Source: Octopus vulgaris
Taxonomy: Eukaryota
Assembly: GCA_951406725.2 (NCBI GenBank)
Contig: OX597836.1
Location: forward strand, 3,596,001-3,660,000
Length of the DNA: 64,000 nt
Reading direction: 5' to 3'
This document shows, piece after piece, positions 43,156 to 58,020 of the stretch (position 1 is the stretch's first letter; each line of letters starts with the position of its first letter). A program made the translations under genes and the position numbers. The notes below the pieces were generated by a model. That model was not told the DNA's origin and did not search any database. It saw nothing but the letters and a program-made list of their open reading frames with translations.

Positions 43156-44531
43156 GAAAGGTCAAGGCTGTGTACATCTTGAGATAAAATACCAAATCGG
43201 TTTGTCCCCTTCCCCCCCACACCTCCCTTCCAAGATTATCTCAGGTTCTGGTGGAAGGTGGGGGGTGGGGTGGCAAGGGTGACAGAGGTCATTCTTTTAC
43301 CAAAATAGAAACAGAAACAGGAAGTGAGTGTTATTTTGGTCTTTGGCGCTGCCAAAGAATTAATGAAGTCAGCCCGAATGTGTGGTCAACAGGCATGCTA
43401 GAAATAGGAGCTAAACCTCACTGGAATGACACTGTCTTGGAAACGGGGAAGGACGCGTTAGGCTTGGTAATGTATGCGGTTTTAGAGACGCACTTATTTT
43501 TCAAAAAAAAGGAGAGGGTGGTCACATCTGGAAAGGATTGTCTTTGAACATTGCTCCACTGGATCGGGACTGACCTGGAGCTGTGCAATAACAGCAGGTC
43601 GGAGTAAAAGATGGGATTGTCCCAGTGAGGATACCTTCAGCCATAGGTCAACCTGGGGCTAAACAACTAGCACCACCACCACCACTACCACTACTACACA
43701 AACAGCAAAAAATAGAAGCCAAACCATTACAAAAAACAAAGTGGGTGATATAGTCTTAGATACAGTCTTAAACAAAAAATGTGGTGGCCATATCTGGATC
43801 AGATTACCTACTGGATCAAAACTGACCTGGGGCTAAAAACTACTACTACTACTACTACTACTGATGCGACTTCTACTTCACGACTTTCTAGAAATAGCAG
43901 TGAAATTTTCCTTGCCTTCTGTCCTATCATAAAAGCAAAAACAAAAGATGAGACGGTCATGATCGGAATGTCTGTGAATCATAGGTCTGCTGGATCACAG
44001 GTGAGCTAGGGCTAAACAAACAACCCCTGATATTAACCCACGCAAAATGGATCAAGATGACGTAAGGGACCTTAGTTTTTGAGATAGAAAATCATAAAAG
44101 GCTGAATGCAATTCTAGGACGAAAGGGCATAATAGCATTATTTAGAAGGGCGCACTTCTTTTCTTGAGGGTGGGGGCACATGCTCCCCAGGACCCCCTTT
44201 GGGTCTGCCCCTGAAGACCTGCTCAGTCTGAGCTGGCCTAGAGCTTAAACAACTAAAGCAAATGCAACAATACAATATCGGCAGAAGAAAACTTACGAAA
44301 GGATGTTCCTGCTGCACACGACGCCTGCATTCTTTGCCATAAATCACTGTGTTCTCCTGTAGACACTCATCGGTGCTCAGACAACATTTGGCCCCAACGA
44401 TACAGCCAGAGCTTAATTCAGTGTCCCGGCCAACGCTAGCTGCAATAACAACAACAACAATAATGATAATAATAATAATAACAATAATAATGATAACAAT
44501 AATAATGATAGTAATAATAATAATAACAATA

Positions 44532-44562
<31 letters not shown>

Positions 44563-46292
44563 CAATAATAATAATAACAATAATAATAATAATAATAATA
44601 ATAATAACGATAACAATAATAATAATTTTTTAAAATTTATGTATTAGACATTCACTAGTACAACACCCAAAAAAAACAAAACAAATATATGGCACACTAG
44701 GCATAACAACAACGTGAACTTCCAACCTGTTGTCTCTTGAGGTCTCTGGGTGAGACTTGGAGCCAACTTGTACAGACATAAAGCAAAAGTCAATAATAAT
44801 AATAAATGCCCTGATGCAGTACCAGGCAGTGGCTCTCATGGCTTCTGATCTTAACTGATTGGAAGTGTTATCATGTACATTGTTTTGTCTTGGTATAAAA
44901 GATGGGCCACAGCAAATATTCTGCTCAATACCACAGATTTGTTTGTCAGTTGTTTGACCTTAACCAGTTGAGCATGTCCCTTAGTGGCTGACGATATGTG
45001 CATCTCTGATCATGAGCAGAAGTAGTGGGGGAGCATCATAGCCATGTGTTGAAAGGAATTCTTATAGGTTTGGATAATTCACCTGTGGAAACATCTGTGT
45101 TTCGTTCAACATCCTTAAACAACCCTTATTCAGGGGACCTTTTGAGTGGGATCGGCTACTCGACCTGAAGAAAATTGCAGGTGGGGCTCAGAATTTTGAT
45201 CACACAAATAAATAGATATTAAAACAGGTTGGATCGGATGCGGGGGGAATGAACCATTTGTTGGTGAATTCCCAGGTCCCCCTGCGGAGATCCATTGAGC
45301 AGAGTTCCAGTCAGACCCCACATCTGTGAGGTACTGCCTCATCTCCTGTGACCATGTATGTGACATGTGGTCGACCAACATGATCTCACAACCCAGCCAG
45401 ATCCTCAGCAAAGACAACACAAGAAGCAACATCTAACTTGCAAAATCAAACAACATGGCCAAAGGGTTTGAGTTGGCACTCCCGAATCATACAAGTCGCA
45501 GGTCCCATCCCAGTTTCTGAGAGAAGAGTTGTTGGTTGGCTACAAAATCTGACCAATGGATAATCCAGCCATAATCCGGGATTATGCATTACCAGTGATA
45601 TTAAATGACCAAAATAAGGCAGTGAGCAAGCAGAATCATTAGAATGTCAGGTAAAATGCTTAACAGCATTTCATTTGTCTTTATATTCATCATCATCATC
45701 CAGTGTTTTAAATCCAGGTTTTGTCCTGGTTAAAGGGGGTGACCGGATCTACCTCAATGCCATAGCACCTGAGGTAGGTAGGTATCCATTCTCCCTTGCT
45801 ATCATGAGGCTTTTTCTGGAGCTGGATTTTCTACAGGGAGCATGCCCTTGCTTAGGCCCAACCTCAGTTTCTAGACACGGGTGGTCCCGAAACCAAGGCC
45901 TCAACCACGACTTTTAAGAAATGTGGTGGAAAACTAGCCAAGAAAGTTTAAATTCTGTTGGGGATGACTTTGCTTTTCATCCCCTCTGGATTCAATAAAC
46001 CAAGTACCAGTCATGCACTGGGGTTCGATGGAATAGACAAGCCAACTGCCCTCAAAGATTCAGTCATTGTACTGAGTAAGAGAAGGGATTTATTTTGTGG
46101 AACTACGAACACAAAAGCTGGCAGAATCATCAGAACACCAGAGGAAATGCTTAGCAGCGTTTAGTCCATTTTCACGTCCTGAGTTCAAACAGCTCTGAGG
46201 TCGACTTTGCCTTTCATCCTTTCCGAGTAATCATCATCATCATCGTTTTACATCCGCTTTCGATGCTAGCATGGGTTGGACGATTTTGACTG

Positions 46293-46518
46293 AGGGCTGG
46301 CGAACCAGATGGCTGCACCAGGCTCCAATCTTGATCTGGTAGAGTTTCTACAGCTGGATGCCCTTCCTAACGCCAACCACTCCCGAGAGTGTAGTGGGGG
46401 TGCTTTTTACGTGCCACTACACTCTCGGGAGTGGTTGGCGTTAGGAAGGGCATCCAGCTGTAGAAACTCTGCCAGATCAAGATTGGAGCCTGGTGCAGCC
46501 ATCTGGTTCGCCAGCCCT
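46293..46518. repeat. Near-perfect hairpin, 105 bp arms and 16 nt loop, within a family D copy
   Basis: 46293-46397 is inverted at 46414-46518; one mismatch seen. Confidence 0.95.
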
Positions 46519-48779
46519 GATGAAATAAATATCAGCTGAATATAGGGGTCTGATGAAATCGACAACCCTGCTCTCTCCCAAAAATTCAGCCCTTGTGCTT
46601 TTGGTGGGAAATGGTATTAAAGGATCAAATGTTTTTGCCTGACATAGTATTTCCCTTTATTTACAACTTATTAACTCACATGACAGGATGAATGAAAAAG
46701 ACTTACTACAACTAATTGTCCGATTGTTATTCTCCCAGTTAATTATTTCTATTATTGTCGTTATTATCCTAACTTTGAGGCATTTAACGATGGCCTTGTA
46801 ATACTTAATCATGGTATATAATTACATAAATAGAGAAAATAATTTGTTGTTTATAAACTAAAAGACACACAGCTATATCGGAAAACGAGGTTGGTCGTTG
46901 GGGGTGAGGGCAGCTTAGATTAGGGTTTTTGCTTATTTGTTTTTCCCAGGATAGCTTTTTTTTTTATATTTATTTATTTGATATGGTTATGAAAATATAC
47001 AATAGAATCATTTCTGGAATTCTTGTGAATAATTTTTGGGCTTTATTCTAGGATTGAATAGCAGATGCATTATATTCAGTGTCCCGAAACATGTGACACA
47101 AATATCCTCGTTATTGTTCGACTCAAATTTGTAAACAATATAATTACAGGAGCGGTGGGAGGTGGAGGATGGGGGTTGGAGGTGGGTTTTTCAGTATTGA
47201 AAGAATTCTTTACAAATTGAAAAAATTGAATTTTATTTGGGGTAAAGTTCAGTTTCTAAAGCCATTTATGGTTCTATAAAGATGCAAGCGTGGCTGTGCA
47301 CCTGACAAATTTGCTTCCCAACCACAAGGTTCTGAGTTCAGTCCCACTATGTGGCACACTGGGCAATTGTTTTCTACTATAGCCTCGGGCCGACCAAAGT
47401 ATTGAGTGGATTTGGTAGATGGAAACTGAAAGAAGCCCGTCACATATCATCATCATCAATATTTAACGTCCATTGTCCATGCTGGCATGGGTTGGACGGC
47501 TTGACCAGGCTGGCATGCTGGAAGGCTGCATCAGGCCCCAGTCTGATTTGATATGCTTTGCTACAGCTGGATGCCCTTCCTGATGCCAACCACCCCAAGA
47601 GTGTAATGAGTGCTTTTATGTGCCACCGGCATAGGTGCCATTTGTGCGACGTCGATATATATGTATGGATGTATTTATGTGTGTGTCTGTGTCTGTGTTT
47701 GTTCCCCTGTCGTTGCTTGACAACCGATGTTGGTGTGTTTATGTTCCTGTAACTTAGCAGTTCACAAAAGAAACTGATAAAATAAATACTTGGCGGAGAA
47801 ATCTCAGAGCTTTGAGATAATCCAGGATTAATTGAGAACAATGCGAATAAACAAGCATTACATTGGACAGAGTGATCTGAATGCTAAAGGGTTAATCTGT
47901 GAGACCCCTTAGCATTAAGATGTAACTGAACTCTGAACATCTTGACCTCCCTTGTAGCGTGATGCATAGTTTGGGGGTCTTTGTGGATGGATTTGGTAGA
48001 CGGAAACTGAAAGAAGCCTCTCTGTGTGTGTGTTTGTGTGTGTACCTTTGTCTTGGCATCATGTGATGGTTGACAATGAGCTTCACCATCATAGAAGCGA
48101 TGTTGTTTGTTTCCAGTCCTCTGTGCAGAACATGTCCAGCTGTGGCGAAATATTAACTTACTGGGAAACAGGTAAAGGTTGGCAACAGGAAAGGCGTCTC
48201 ACCATAGAAAAGCTGCCTCAACAAATCCCGTGTGGCCCACATGAACATGGAAAAGTGGACATTAAATGATGATGATGGTGATAATAATGATGAGGAGGAG
48301 GGGGAGGGGGATCATCTTGCTATCTCTGTTGCTTGTACTAACGAGGTCTAATGTAGCTAATAGCTCAGGCATTATGACAATTTGGGATCACTTTCTTGTC
48401 TTTCTTGGAGGCTCTTGAGAATGACAACGAACAGGTTGGTGTGAGAAGCCAGATATGCTCAGCTTAAATGTAAACCAGGTAGAATATTTGGGGCATTTAT
48501 GCTCAGTTTAAATGCTAAAGGTTTCACAAAATCTAAATACTTTTGAGGCAAGAGTTTACATCAAATATATTGGTTTTTTTTTAGCACCCCAAGACATTAC
48601 AACACCCAGAAATGACCTGTAACTTTACAAGGCTGTGTAGCACCCTGAGCTGGTGTCTTCTGTAGCCTGGGGTTTTAGGAAAAGACACCTACTGAAGGTG
48701 CTACACAGTGGAACTTAAGCCAAGACCAGAAGTTTAGGAACCAAGTTTGTTAACCACACAGCCGTGATCAAGGAGAATT

Positions 48780-49444
48780 AAGCGGATGAGATATTCTAAG
48801 GAAACATCAAGTACATTAAACACGATTAGCTGCCATGATAAAAGATTCTTATAAACTTGACACAACACACAAAGAGTTCAACAAAATGGCAGATTCTTGG
48901 TTGGTTTATCGCTAAAGGGAAAGGTTGACAGACTTCTAATTTTAGCTTTGTCAATGGGTTACCGGAAATTCCATCCTGGAGATAACAAAAAGAAGCAGTG
49001 AAATTTTGGCCTCAGCAATTTGCAACGCATAATGTAGATGGAGTCTAAAAATATCTTGTTTGTGGTTTATGTTTCACAAAGTTCTGAAGAATGGCGTGTT
49101 CTTAGACAATTGTTAAACAGGAAATGTTTATCTTTTATAGGCTGACATCATACCTTGGAGATAATTTTGGGTGTAACAATTCCGATAATGATTTTACAAA
49201 TACAGCTGTTACACCATGTCTTGAAAAACAAGAAGCAGCAGATCTTGCAAATTCTGTGAAAGACATACAACAGATTACCAAACCAGATATGATTAACAGG
49301 AGCTTCCTGAGTTGTGATCTTTCTTGGACAAATGAAACCCAACTGGTTCAAATTTTGAGGCCCGTGAGCAATGCATTAAGCTACATGCGAAGCCAAAAGG
49401 CTAAAAGTTTGGATGTTCTGAGCTCAATTACATCTTACTGCTAA
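48780..49444 (+). mobile_element. Possible hAT transposase relic
   Basis: RWS-like motif near 49035 and W...LVQILRPVSNALSYMRS resemble hAT transposases; multiple stops. Confidence 0.4.
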
Positions 49445-49609
49445 AGGGATCTCAAAGTTTAACCATTTAGCTTTCAGATTACTCTGTCAAATGCAATCTT
49501 AGTTTATCCACATTGCTTTAACGTCGCCTTACTGGCACTTGTGCTGGTGGCATGTGTAAAAAGATTCTAGCGCTAGAAGAAAAAAGACCATCTTTGGTTT
49601 CAGGACAAA

Positions 49610-49980
49610 AGGCGTTCTATCAGGATAAAGCTTGGTCACATACAGCGAGGACGACATTCCAAAGGCTAGGTCAGTTTGAATAAGAAATGATGCCCCACCC
49701 GCTATATTCGCTGGACGTTGTCCCATCTGATTATCATTTATTCTGCAGTCTTCAAAATCATTTGGACGGAAAAAATAGGAATTCTGTAGACAAGGTTATA
49801 AGAGTACTGGGGGAGTATTTTTTGTCATGGAGAAGGGAATTTTGGAAGAGGGGCCTTGAAAGTCAACCAGATAGAGGGGAGAGTATTGTAGAAAATGAAG
49901 GAGAGTATATATTAGATTAGAAAAGAACTGTGTTTACCTTACGTTTGAAAAAATCACATTATTTGGAGGATGACCCAATA
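49610..49980 (+). mobile_element. Mariner (DD34D) transposon 3' fragment
   Basis: HPLYSLDVVPSDYHLFCSLQNHL matches HPPYSPDLAPSDYHLF. ORF ends ...NEGEYILD*; element ends gacccaa-TA. Confidence 0.85.
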
Positions 49981-50699
49981 TATGTGTGTGTGTGGGTGTG
50001 CGTGTGTATGTATGTATATATATATATGTGTGTGTATCTGTGTGTATACATATATATGTGTGCATGTGTGTGTTTGTGTATATGTGTATGTGTGTGTGTG
50101 CATGTATGCATGTGTGTGTGTGTATATATGTGTGTATCTGTGTATACACATATATGTGTGTGTGCATGTGTATGTGCGTGTATCTGTGTGTATACATATA
50201 TATGTGTGCATGTGTGTTTGTGTATATATGTGTGTGTGTGTGTGTAATGAGAAAATCAATGTCTTACCTTTTACTTCAACAACATTGAAATTACCGATTT
50301 TCAGAGATTCTACATCTAGGAACCACTTAAGGAAAAATATTGGTTAAGTTAATTAGAAATATAATATATATTAGTTAATTAAAAACACAATATACTGGTT
50401 AAATGAAAATGTAACATAACGATGAATTTTAAATATACCATACTAGTTAATTAAAAATATAATACATTGATTAATTAGGAATATATTCTATAGGTTAATG
50501 AGAAAATATATCAAATATATTTGTTAATTCAAAATATAAATGAATCAATTAAAATACAAATGGGTTAGTTAAAAATGCAAAATAAATTGGTTAATTCACA
50601 AAATTTTAATAGAAATATAAAAGCTTTAGCTCAATTAAAAATACAAAATAATTGATTATGTACAAATATATATATAACTCTATTTTTCTTTTTTTTTTT

Positions 50700-51077
50700 T
50701 ACTTGTTTCAGTCATTTGACTGCGGCCATGCTGGAGCACCGCCTTTAATCGAACAACTCGACCCCGGGACTTATTCTTTTGTGAGCCCAGTACTTATTCT
50801 ATCGGTCTCTTTTGCCGAACCGCTAAGTAACGGGGACATAAACACACCAGCATCGGTTGTCAAGCAATGCTAGGGGGACAAACACTGATACACAAAAACA
50901 CACACGCATATATACATATATGACGGGCTTCTTTCAGTTTCCGTCTACCAAATCCACTCACAAGGCTCTGGTCGGCCCAAGGCTATAGTAGAAGCCCGAG
51001 GTGCCACGCAGTGGGACTGAACCCTGAACCATGTGGTTGGTAAACAAGCTACTTACCACACAGCCACTCCTGCGCCT
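50700..51077 (-). mobile_element. SINE family A, near-consensus full-length copy
   Basis: Minus strand ggcgcaggagtggctgtgtggtaag...gggttcagtcccactgcgtggcacc...ggtgctccagcatggccgcagtcaaatgactgaaacaagt. Confidence 0.85.
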
Positions 51078-53920
51078 ATAATATATACATATATAAAATA
51101 GTGTACATTTAAACATGAAATAGTTTGGGAGCGGTTGATGTAAAGATGAAGTAGATCTGGCCACCCTAGTTGATGGGGACAAACCCAGATTTAAAATATG
51201 GGAATTCATCATTATATGTGTATGTATATATATATATATATATTGTAGTTGATCTGGCAGTGTTTCTACACTTGGATGCCCTTCCTAACACCATCCACTT
51301 TGTGAGTGTAGTGGGTGCTTTTTATGTGCCACCGACACAGGTGCCAGGCGAGGCTGGCAATGGCCATGATTGGTTGGTGCTTTTTACATGCCACCAGCAC
51401 GGAAGCCAGTCAAGGCGGTGCTGGCATCAGCAACGTTCGGATGGTGCTTTTTACGTGCCACCGGCACAGGTATCACAACTACAATTTCCATTGATGTTGA
51501 TGTACTTGACTCAATAGGTCTCCTCAAGCACAGGGTCGAAACGGTGTTTCTTTACTTGCCACCTGCACAGGAGTCAGTCCAGCGGCACTGGCAAGGACCA
51601 GGTGCCAGTCATCGAATTTGGTTCAATTTCGATTTCACTTGCCCCAACAGGTCTTCGCAAGCAGAGTTTAGAGTCCAATGAAGGGAGGTTGGCATGGGTG
51701 CCAGTCGTCGGATGTGGTTCGATTTTTGAATTCAATTTCGATTGAACTTGTCGCTGAAAACTAACAAACAAGACACGGACTCTCTATCAAGTCATTCAAA
51801 CTGGTGGAAATAACAGTCAAATCTTGCTCAAATCAAACCCTACTGTCTATGGAGTGGGATCAAGTACTCATTGGATAAATAGTATTCGATACGTTCGTTA
51901 TCTTTTATCTTTTGCTTCTTTCGGTTGTTAGACTGTGGCCATGCTGGAGCAGTGCATCGAAGAGTTTTTAGTTGAATGAATGAATCAACTGCAGCACTTT
52001 TTTTTTTAAAGCCTAGAATTAATTTTATGGTTTTTTTTTTATGCAGAATTGTTAAGTTATGGGGACATAAACAAACCAGTGTTGGTTGTCAAGCAATGGT
52101 GATGGACAAACACATATATATATATGACAGGCTTCTTTCAGTTTCCATTTACCAAATCCATTCATAAGGCTTTGGTCATCCCGTGGCTGTAGCTGAAGGC
52201 AACTGCCATGCAGTGGGACTGAACCCAAACCTATGTGGCTGGGAAGCAAACTTCTTACCACACAGCCATGCCTGTGCCCATGTGAAACAAAAGACATAAA
52301 AAAAATGAAGGGATGGACACAGCTGGAACGTCTCTGATCAAAGACCTGCTAGATCAGGACTGACCTTGGGTTAAACAACAACAACCACAAAAACTAAGTC
52401 AGCCTAATGAAGAGCAAGCTAAATTACAATTAGAGACTGCTAATTATAAGAACAGCTCATGTAATAAGCCAATGAGAGAAGCTGTTGCATGGACGCCTAG
52501 CTTGCTAGAAATAGCAGACAAATCCCCTTTCAGTGGACCTAAGAGACGGTCATTGGAAAGGAGAAAAGGAAGGACGCAGACCCAGAAAAAAAACCATGTT
52601 GAAAAAAACAAAAGTAAAAGCTGGGGTGGTCACTAATGGAGAGGTTTTCGATGATAAAAATCTGCTGAATCAGGGATGACCTAGGGCTGTACAAAGCAAA
52701 AAACACAACAACTGCTGAAATGGAAGCCAACAGGACAGTCCCCACCCCTCATAGTAAAATTAAGAACCAGAAGTGGTGGGGGGCGGGGCGGAGTGGGGTT
52801 GTAGCAGCGATGGAGCAAGGAGTGGGTAGGGATATGGTAGGTGGGTGAGGTGGGCTCGAGGTGGAGGGGTGTGAGGGTGGGAGCCTTCTTGTGCTGTAAT
52901 ATATAGCCGGATATATGTGAATGTATTTATGTGTGCATGCATATGTATGTATATGTGTATGTATGTATACGTGCATGTATGTATATGTATCTATGTATGT
53001 ATATATGTGCATATGTACGTGTGTATATATAGGTGTGTGTGATTGTGTGTATGTGTATGTATATGAGTATGTATGTTATGAATGTATATATGTACATATA
53101 TGTGCGTACTTGTGTATGTATGTATGAATGTATGTGTGTACATGTATGCATGTGTGGGTATGTGTTTGTGCATATGTATATGCATACGTGTGTATATGGG
53201 TGAAAGTGTATGTGCATGCATGCGTGTGTGTGTGCGTTTAAATTCTTATCACTTACAGGAAGTTGGTTATTGAGAGTCAACAAAACTTGGTTGATAAAGA
53301 GGAGGGTGAAGGGGATGGGACAGAGAAGGGGGGTGTGGTAGGATTTCTGGGAAACAGATATGTGTGTGTGAGGTGGGGTGGAAGAGAAAGAGGGGGGGGG
53401 AGAGAGGGAGAGTTAGAGTGAGATGTGGCATGTATGTGTTTGTGAGAGAGAGGGTGTGTGTGTGTGGTGTGTGTGTATGTTTTGTATGTGTGTGTTTTGT
53501 ATATGTGATTTGCATGTGTGTGCATGTGTGTGTGTTTGTGTGTGCGTGTGTATGTGTGTGTTTGTGTGCATTTGAGAAAGAGTGAAATATTGCATGTGTG
53601 TGTGTGCATTTGAGAAAGTGATAGTGAAATATGTGTGTACATGTGTGCATTAATTGTATGTGTGTGTGTGCATTAGTTGTGTGTGTGTGTGTGTGTGTCA
53701 GTGTGTGTGTGTGTGTGTTAGTGTGTGATATAGAGCACCAAGGCCACATGAAAATATGCCACAGAGAGAGATTAACCAATGTAAGCCAGGACCAGTTCTT
53801 CTAATAGAACATACTTGATAAATATATCTGTGTGTGTGTGTGTGTGTGATGATGTAAGAGTGTGTGATGCAGGAGTATGTGTGTGACGGTCTTAGATTGT
53901 GTGCAATGGTATAAGAGTTC

Positions 53921-53951
<31 letters not shown>

Positions 53952-54379
53952 TTTAGGGCTAATTTGGCAACAAAACTTTCAAAATGAAAATAACTGTTGT
54001 ACATTTGTTTTTCTATGTATCAGTTACATCATCATCATCATCATTGTTTTCGTTTAATGTCTGCTTTCCATGCTGGCATGGGTCGGACAGTTTGACTGAG
54101 GAGTGGCAAGCCAGGAGGCTGCACCAGGCTCCAGTCTGATCTTGCAAGGTTTCTATAGCTGGATGCCCTTCCTAATGCCAACCACTCCGAGAGTGTAGTG
54201 GGTGCCTTTTACATGCCACCACCAGTACAGGGGCCACAGGGGACTGGCAACAGCCATGATCGGATGGTGCTTTTTACATGTCACCGGCACGGAAGCCAGT
54301 CAAAGTGGCACTGGCATCGGCCACATTCGGATGGTGCTTTTTATGTCCTACCGGCATGGGGGTCACAACTACATCATCA

Positions 54380-54650
54380 TTGCCTTTGTCGTCATCATCA
54401 CATCATCATTGTCGTTATCATCATTGTCATCCTCCTCCTCACCATCATCATCCTCCTCCTCATCACCATCATCGTTGTCATCCTCCTCCTCTTCATCATC
54501 ATTGTTGTCATCCTCCTCTTCACCATCATCATCGTTGTCATCCTCCTCTTCACCATCATCATCGTTGTCATTCTCCTCCTCTTCATCACTGTCACCATCA
54601 TCATCATCCTCTTCTTCTTCCTTCTCCTCATCATCATCATCTTCATCATT
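54380..54650. repeat. ~30 bp CAT/CCT-rich minisatellite at the end of a family D copy
   Basis: catcatcatcgttgtcatcctcctcttcac repeated. Confidence 0.85.
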
Positions 54651-57040
54651 GTTTCTATATTCACTTCTTCCATGCTGGCATGAGTTGGAAGAGATTCCTT
54701 GAGACAAAATCCTATAACGCTACCAAAAGCTGCCAGAAACGTCAGCAGGCCAGGCAAAAGGCTTGGCACTATTTCCTCATTTGTCTTTAGGGTTAGGGTT
54801 CAAATTCTACAAAGGCTGACTTCACCTTTCATCCTTTTGGTGTCTATAAAATAAATACCAGCTGAGCACAGGGAACGACGTCATCGACTTGACCCCCCTC
54901 CCAACCCCACTTACCCAAAATTGCTGGCCTTGTTCCAGATTCTGAAACCAATATTCTAGAACTGTCATTCTACAATCAAATATTCTTTCTGGCATTTTGT
55001 TTCCAAATATGGTGGTTTGTTCTGCATCATTGCCAAACTTTCTACTCATGCGGAACATTAACAAAAAAAAATGTCAGCTCAAGCAGTGTCAGTACACAGA
55101 CACACAGACAGAAACGCACACATATACATACAGACACACCCATGCCACATGTAGACATGGTGATTGTGTGAAGGATACAAGAAGCCACCTCGAAGACATT
55201 GTGATTCCCAATGACCATCACTGGAGTTTCATCTGTGGGGGAGCCATCTTCAGGTAATCTGGAACAGAAAATACAAACATAATCATCATCACCATCACCA
55301 TTATCATCATCATCCGTATCATCATTATTACCTGACCATCATTAACACCTCTACAATCACCTGCATCATCTCATTCGGCATGGCTGTGTGGTAAGTAGCT
55401 TGCTTACCAACCACATGGTTCCGGGTTCAGTCCAATGGCATGGCACCTTGGGCAAGTGTCTTCTACTATAGCCTCGAGTAACCCAAAGCCTTGTGAGTGG
55501 ACTTGGTAGATGAAAACTGAAAGAAGCCTGTCGTATATATCTGTGTGTGTGTGTGTGTCTTTATGTCTGTGTTTCCCCTCCCTACGACTTCCAATAGTAT
55601 TGTTATAACTGGCTGAGTATTCCAGACATTCCTGCCCCTCCCTACTGTAATCCTCCAAGTGAAGCAATCAGATACCAAGTGCCTAACGATGGTGGCACTT
55701 TGGCCCACCTGTTCACTGCTTCCGACAAGCTGCAGTACTGCTGCCACTGGCACGACATCAGTCACCTACCTCAGGTCAACCCGCAGGTATGATGCATACT
55801 TACTTGAACATGCAGCAACACTCACCCAAGGGTGAGGGGTTCATTTGGTCCCAACCAGCAAGTTCACCACGTCCTTCACGAATACTGACGACATCTGTCA
55901 GTTGGCCCTAATGTTTCAGCAGGCAAAAATGATGCTTCTGTCTGTGGCCCAAAAAATCTATCTTGCAAATTTTACAAAAGCCCCATCAGGAGAACAAGCG
56001 TGTCAGATCACGTGGATGCCATAGCCGTAGTCATGGAGGCACGTGGCTTAGTGGTTAGAGTATTGGACTCATGATGATAAGATTGTAGTTTCAAACCCTG
56101 GACAGGGTGACGCATTGTGTTCTTGAGCAAAAACACTTGATTTCACGTTGCTCCAGTTCAATCGGATGGCAAAAATGAGTAATTCTGTGACAGACCGGCA
56201 TCCCTTCCAGGTGGGGAACTTACAAGACGGTACGACTCGAGTGGGTGTCTAACTTAACATAGCTATAGTCGTTATTCACTGTTGAGGTGTAGAGTTCATA
56301 TTCAAAGTATCAATGGAAATACAAATTCACATGTGGTTCCTGGTTACATCGACACACGCTTTGAGATAGTGTGATCCCTAGCAGGTTTTTTAGCTTTTGA
56401 TTTTCGACCATCACAGAGGATTCACTGACCAAATCACTACCGATTATCAGAGCAGACATAGTAAACTGGGTTTGAAGCAGGTGGTACACATGCTAGTTAA
56501 CCCATAACTGGGATACTAATACTTAAGGTCAGAGTAGACCTGGGTACAATAATGGGCTCAGAGGTGGCTCCAACCGCCTGAAAAGCCTGGAACCCTTGTA
56601 CCAAGGCTCCACTACTTTGAAGTCTTACCACTGGATGCATGATACCGACACAACACATACCCACCCACCAAAATGTGGCCCTACTCCCCTCACTCTCCAA
56701 CTTACTTGTTAATGATCTGTACACCTTCTTCAATCAGGTTACTCTCGCCAATGATGATGGGGCCGGCTTCAGCCACAATCCTGGCCTTCGGGTGGATGAT
56801 GGTGCGGGCACCTGAAAACAGAGGTAAAAGGAGAGAGTTGTGAGGTCAAATACTCCACAGCAGAAGATCAAAGGATCAGCTAAATAATATGCATGTGCAT
56901 GTGTGTGTGTGCACATGCTTACTATGTGTGCAGATGATAGTGTTTAAACATAGCTGTGTATATGAACACTAGTAGATGCATGGTTCAGATATATGAGGGT
57001 TTGTATATGTGTATCAGTGTGTGTGTGTATACACATACAC

Positions 57041-57088
<48 letters not shown>

Positions 57089-58020
57089 GAGCATGTAATG
57101 AGGGTGGTAATAAAGATAAACCCAGATATAAAGAAATTTAGATATGAGGTGAGAAAGTGATCTTCCTCTATTTTCTTTTACCCAAAGTCAGGAACTTTAC
57201 AGCAGCTACTCCTCTGTGTGTGTGTGTGTGTATACATTACATAACTCTGTACAGTTGCTGATACCTAAATCCCAATCATGGAATTTTGTTTTTCAAGTGA
57301 GGCAACACACCTTAATTAATAAAATGAATTCAAAGAATTCACACACACACACACACACGTGCACACAAGCAGAAACATACATACAGAAGGGTATGCCAGT
57401 CAACCGAAAACAAAACACAAGGATAAACAAACATCCAAAAGAGAAAACAAAAACAAACAAGCCAGTCCTAGCCAAATGGAACACACATTCAGTGGGATTA
57501 AATTAGACAAAACAAAGCCATTCAACAAAGCTGCCACCAGTGACAGTGAGAGCCTTGGTGCTACTATGGAAGCACCAACGTGCTACAATCAGTTGACTTC
57601 CTCACTCCAATCCCCCCCCCATCATTCCCATGATAATAGCCCACCGCATGGCACTCTGGGTCACAAGCCAACAGCCATGCCTGCTCCAGTACCCTAGATG
57701 CACCAGTCTTGGGGTCCAAATCTGGAGATCTAGGCTGCATTTTCCACCGCAGCTCCAGTCCTTGTTGCAGTGTGGTGGCTTGTGGCATGCATGCCTCAAT
57801 GACCCTGAGAGCCATGCAAGTGGAGTGCATGCTCCAAGTAAGGCCTCCCATGCTGAACAGGTCAAAGGTTTGAGGACCACTTTTTCCCAGATTTAAAAAA
57901 AATGGATTTGTATGGGGTCGACACCCCATCTAGAAAAACCAAAGTTTACAGAAGCACTGATGACAACTCAAAGCCAACAAAACTTGGGATAAGAAGTTCT
58001 TCCCTCGAGGAAACATACAT

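Noticed and set aside
54198-54790. His-rich, Ser-rich and Asp/Glu-rich ORFs
   Set aside because: Open in several frames over a CAT/CCT minisatellite attached to a retroposon tail; no coding evidence.
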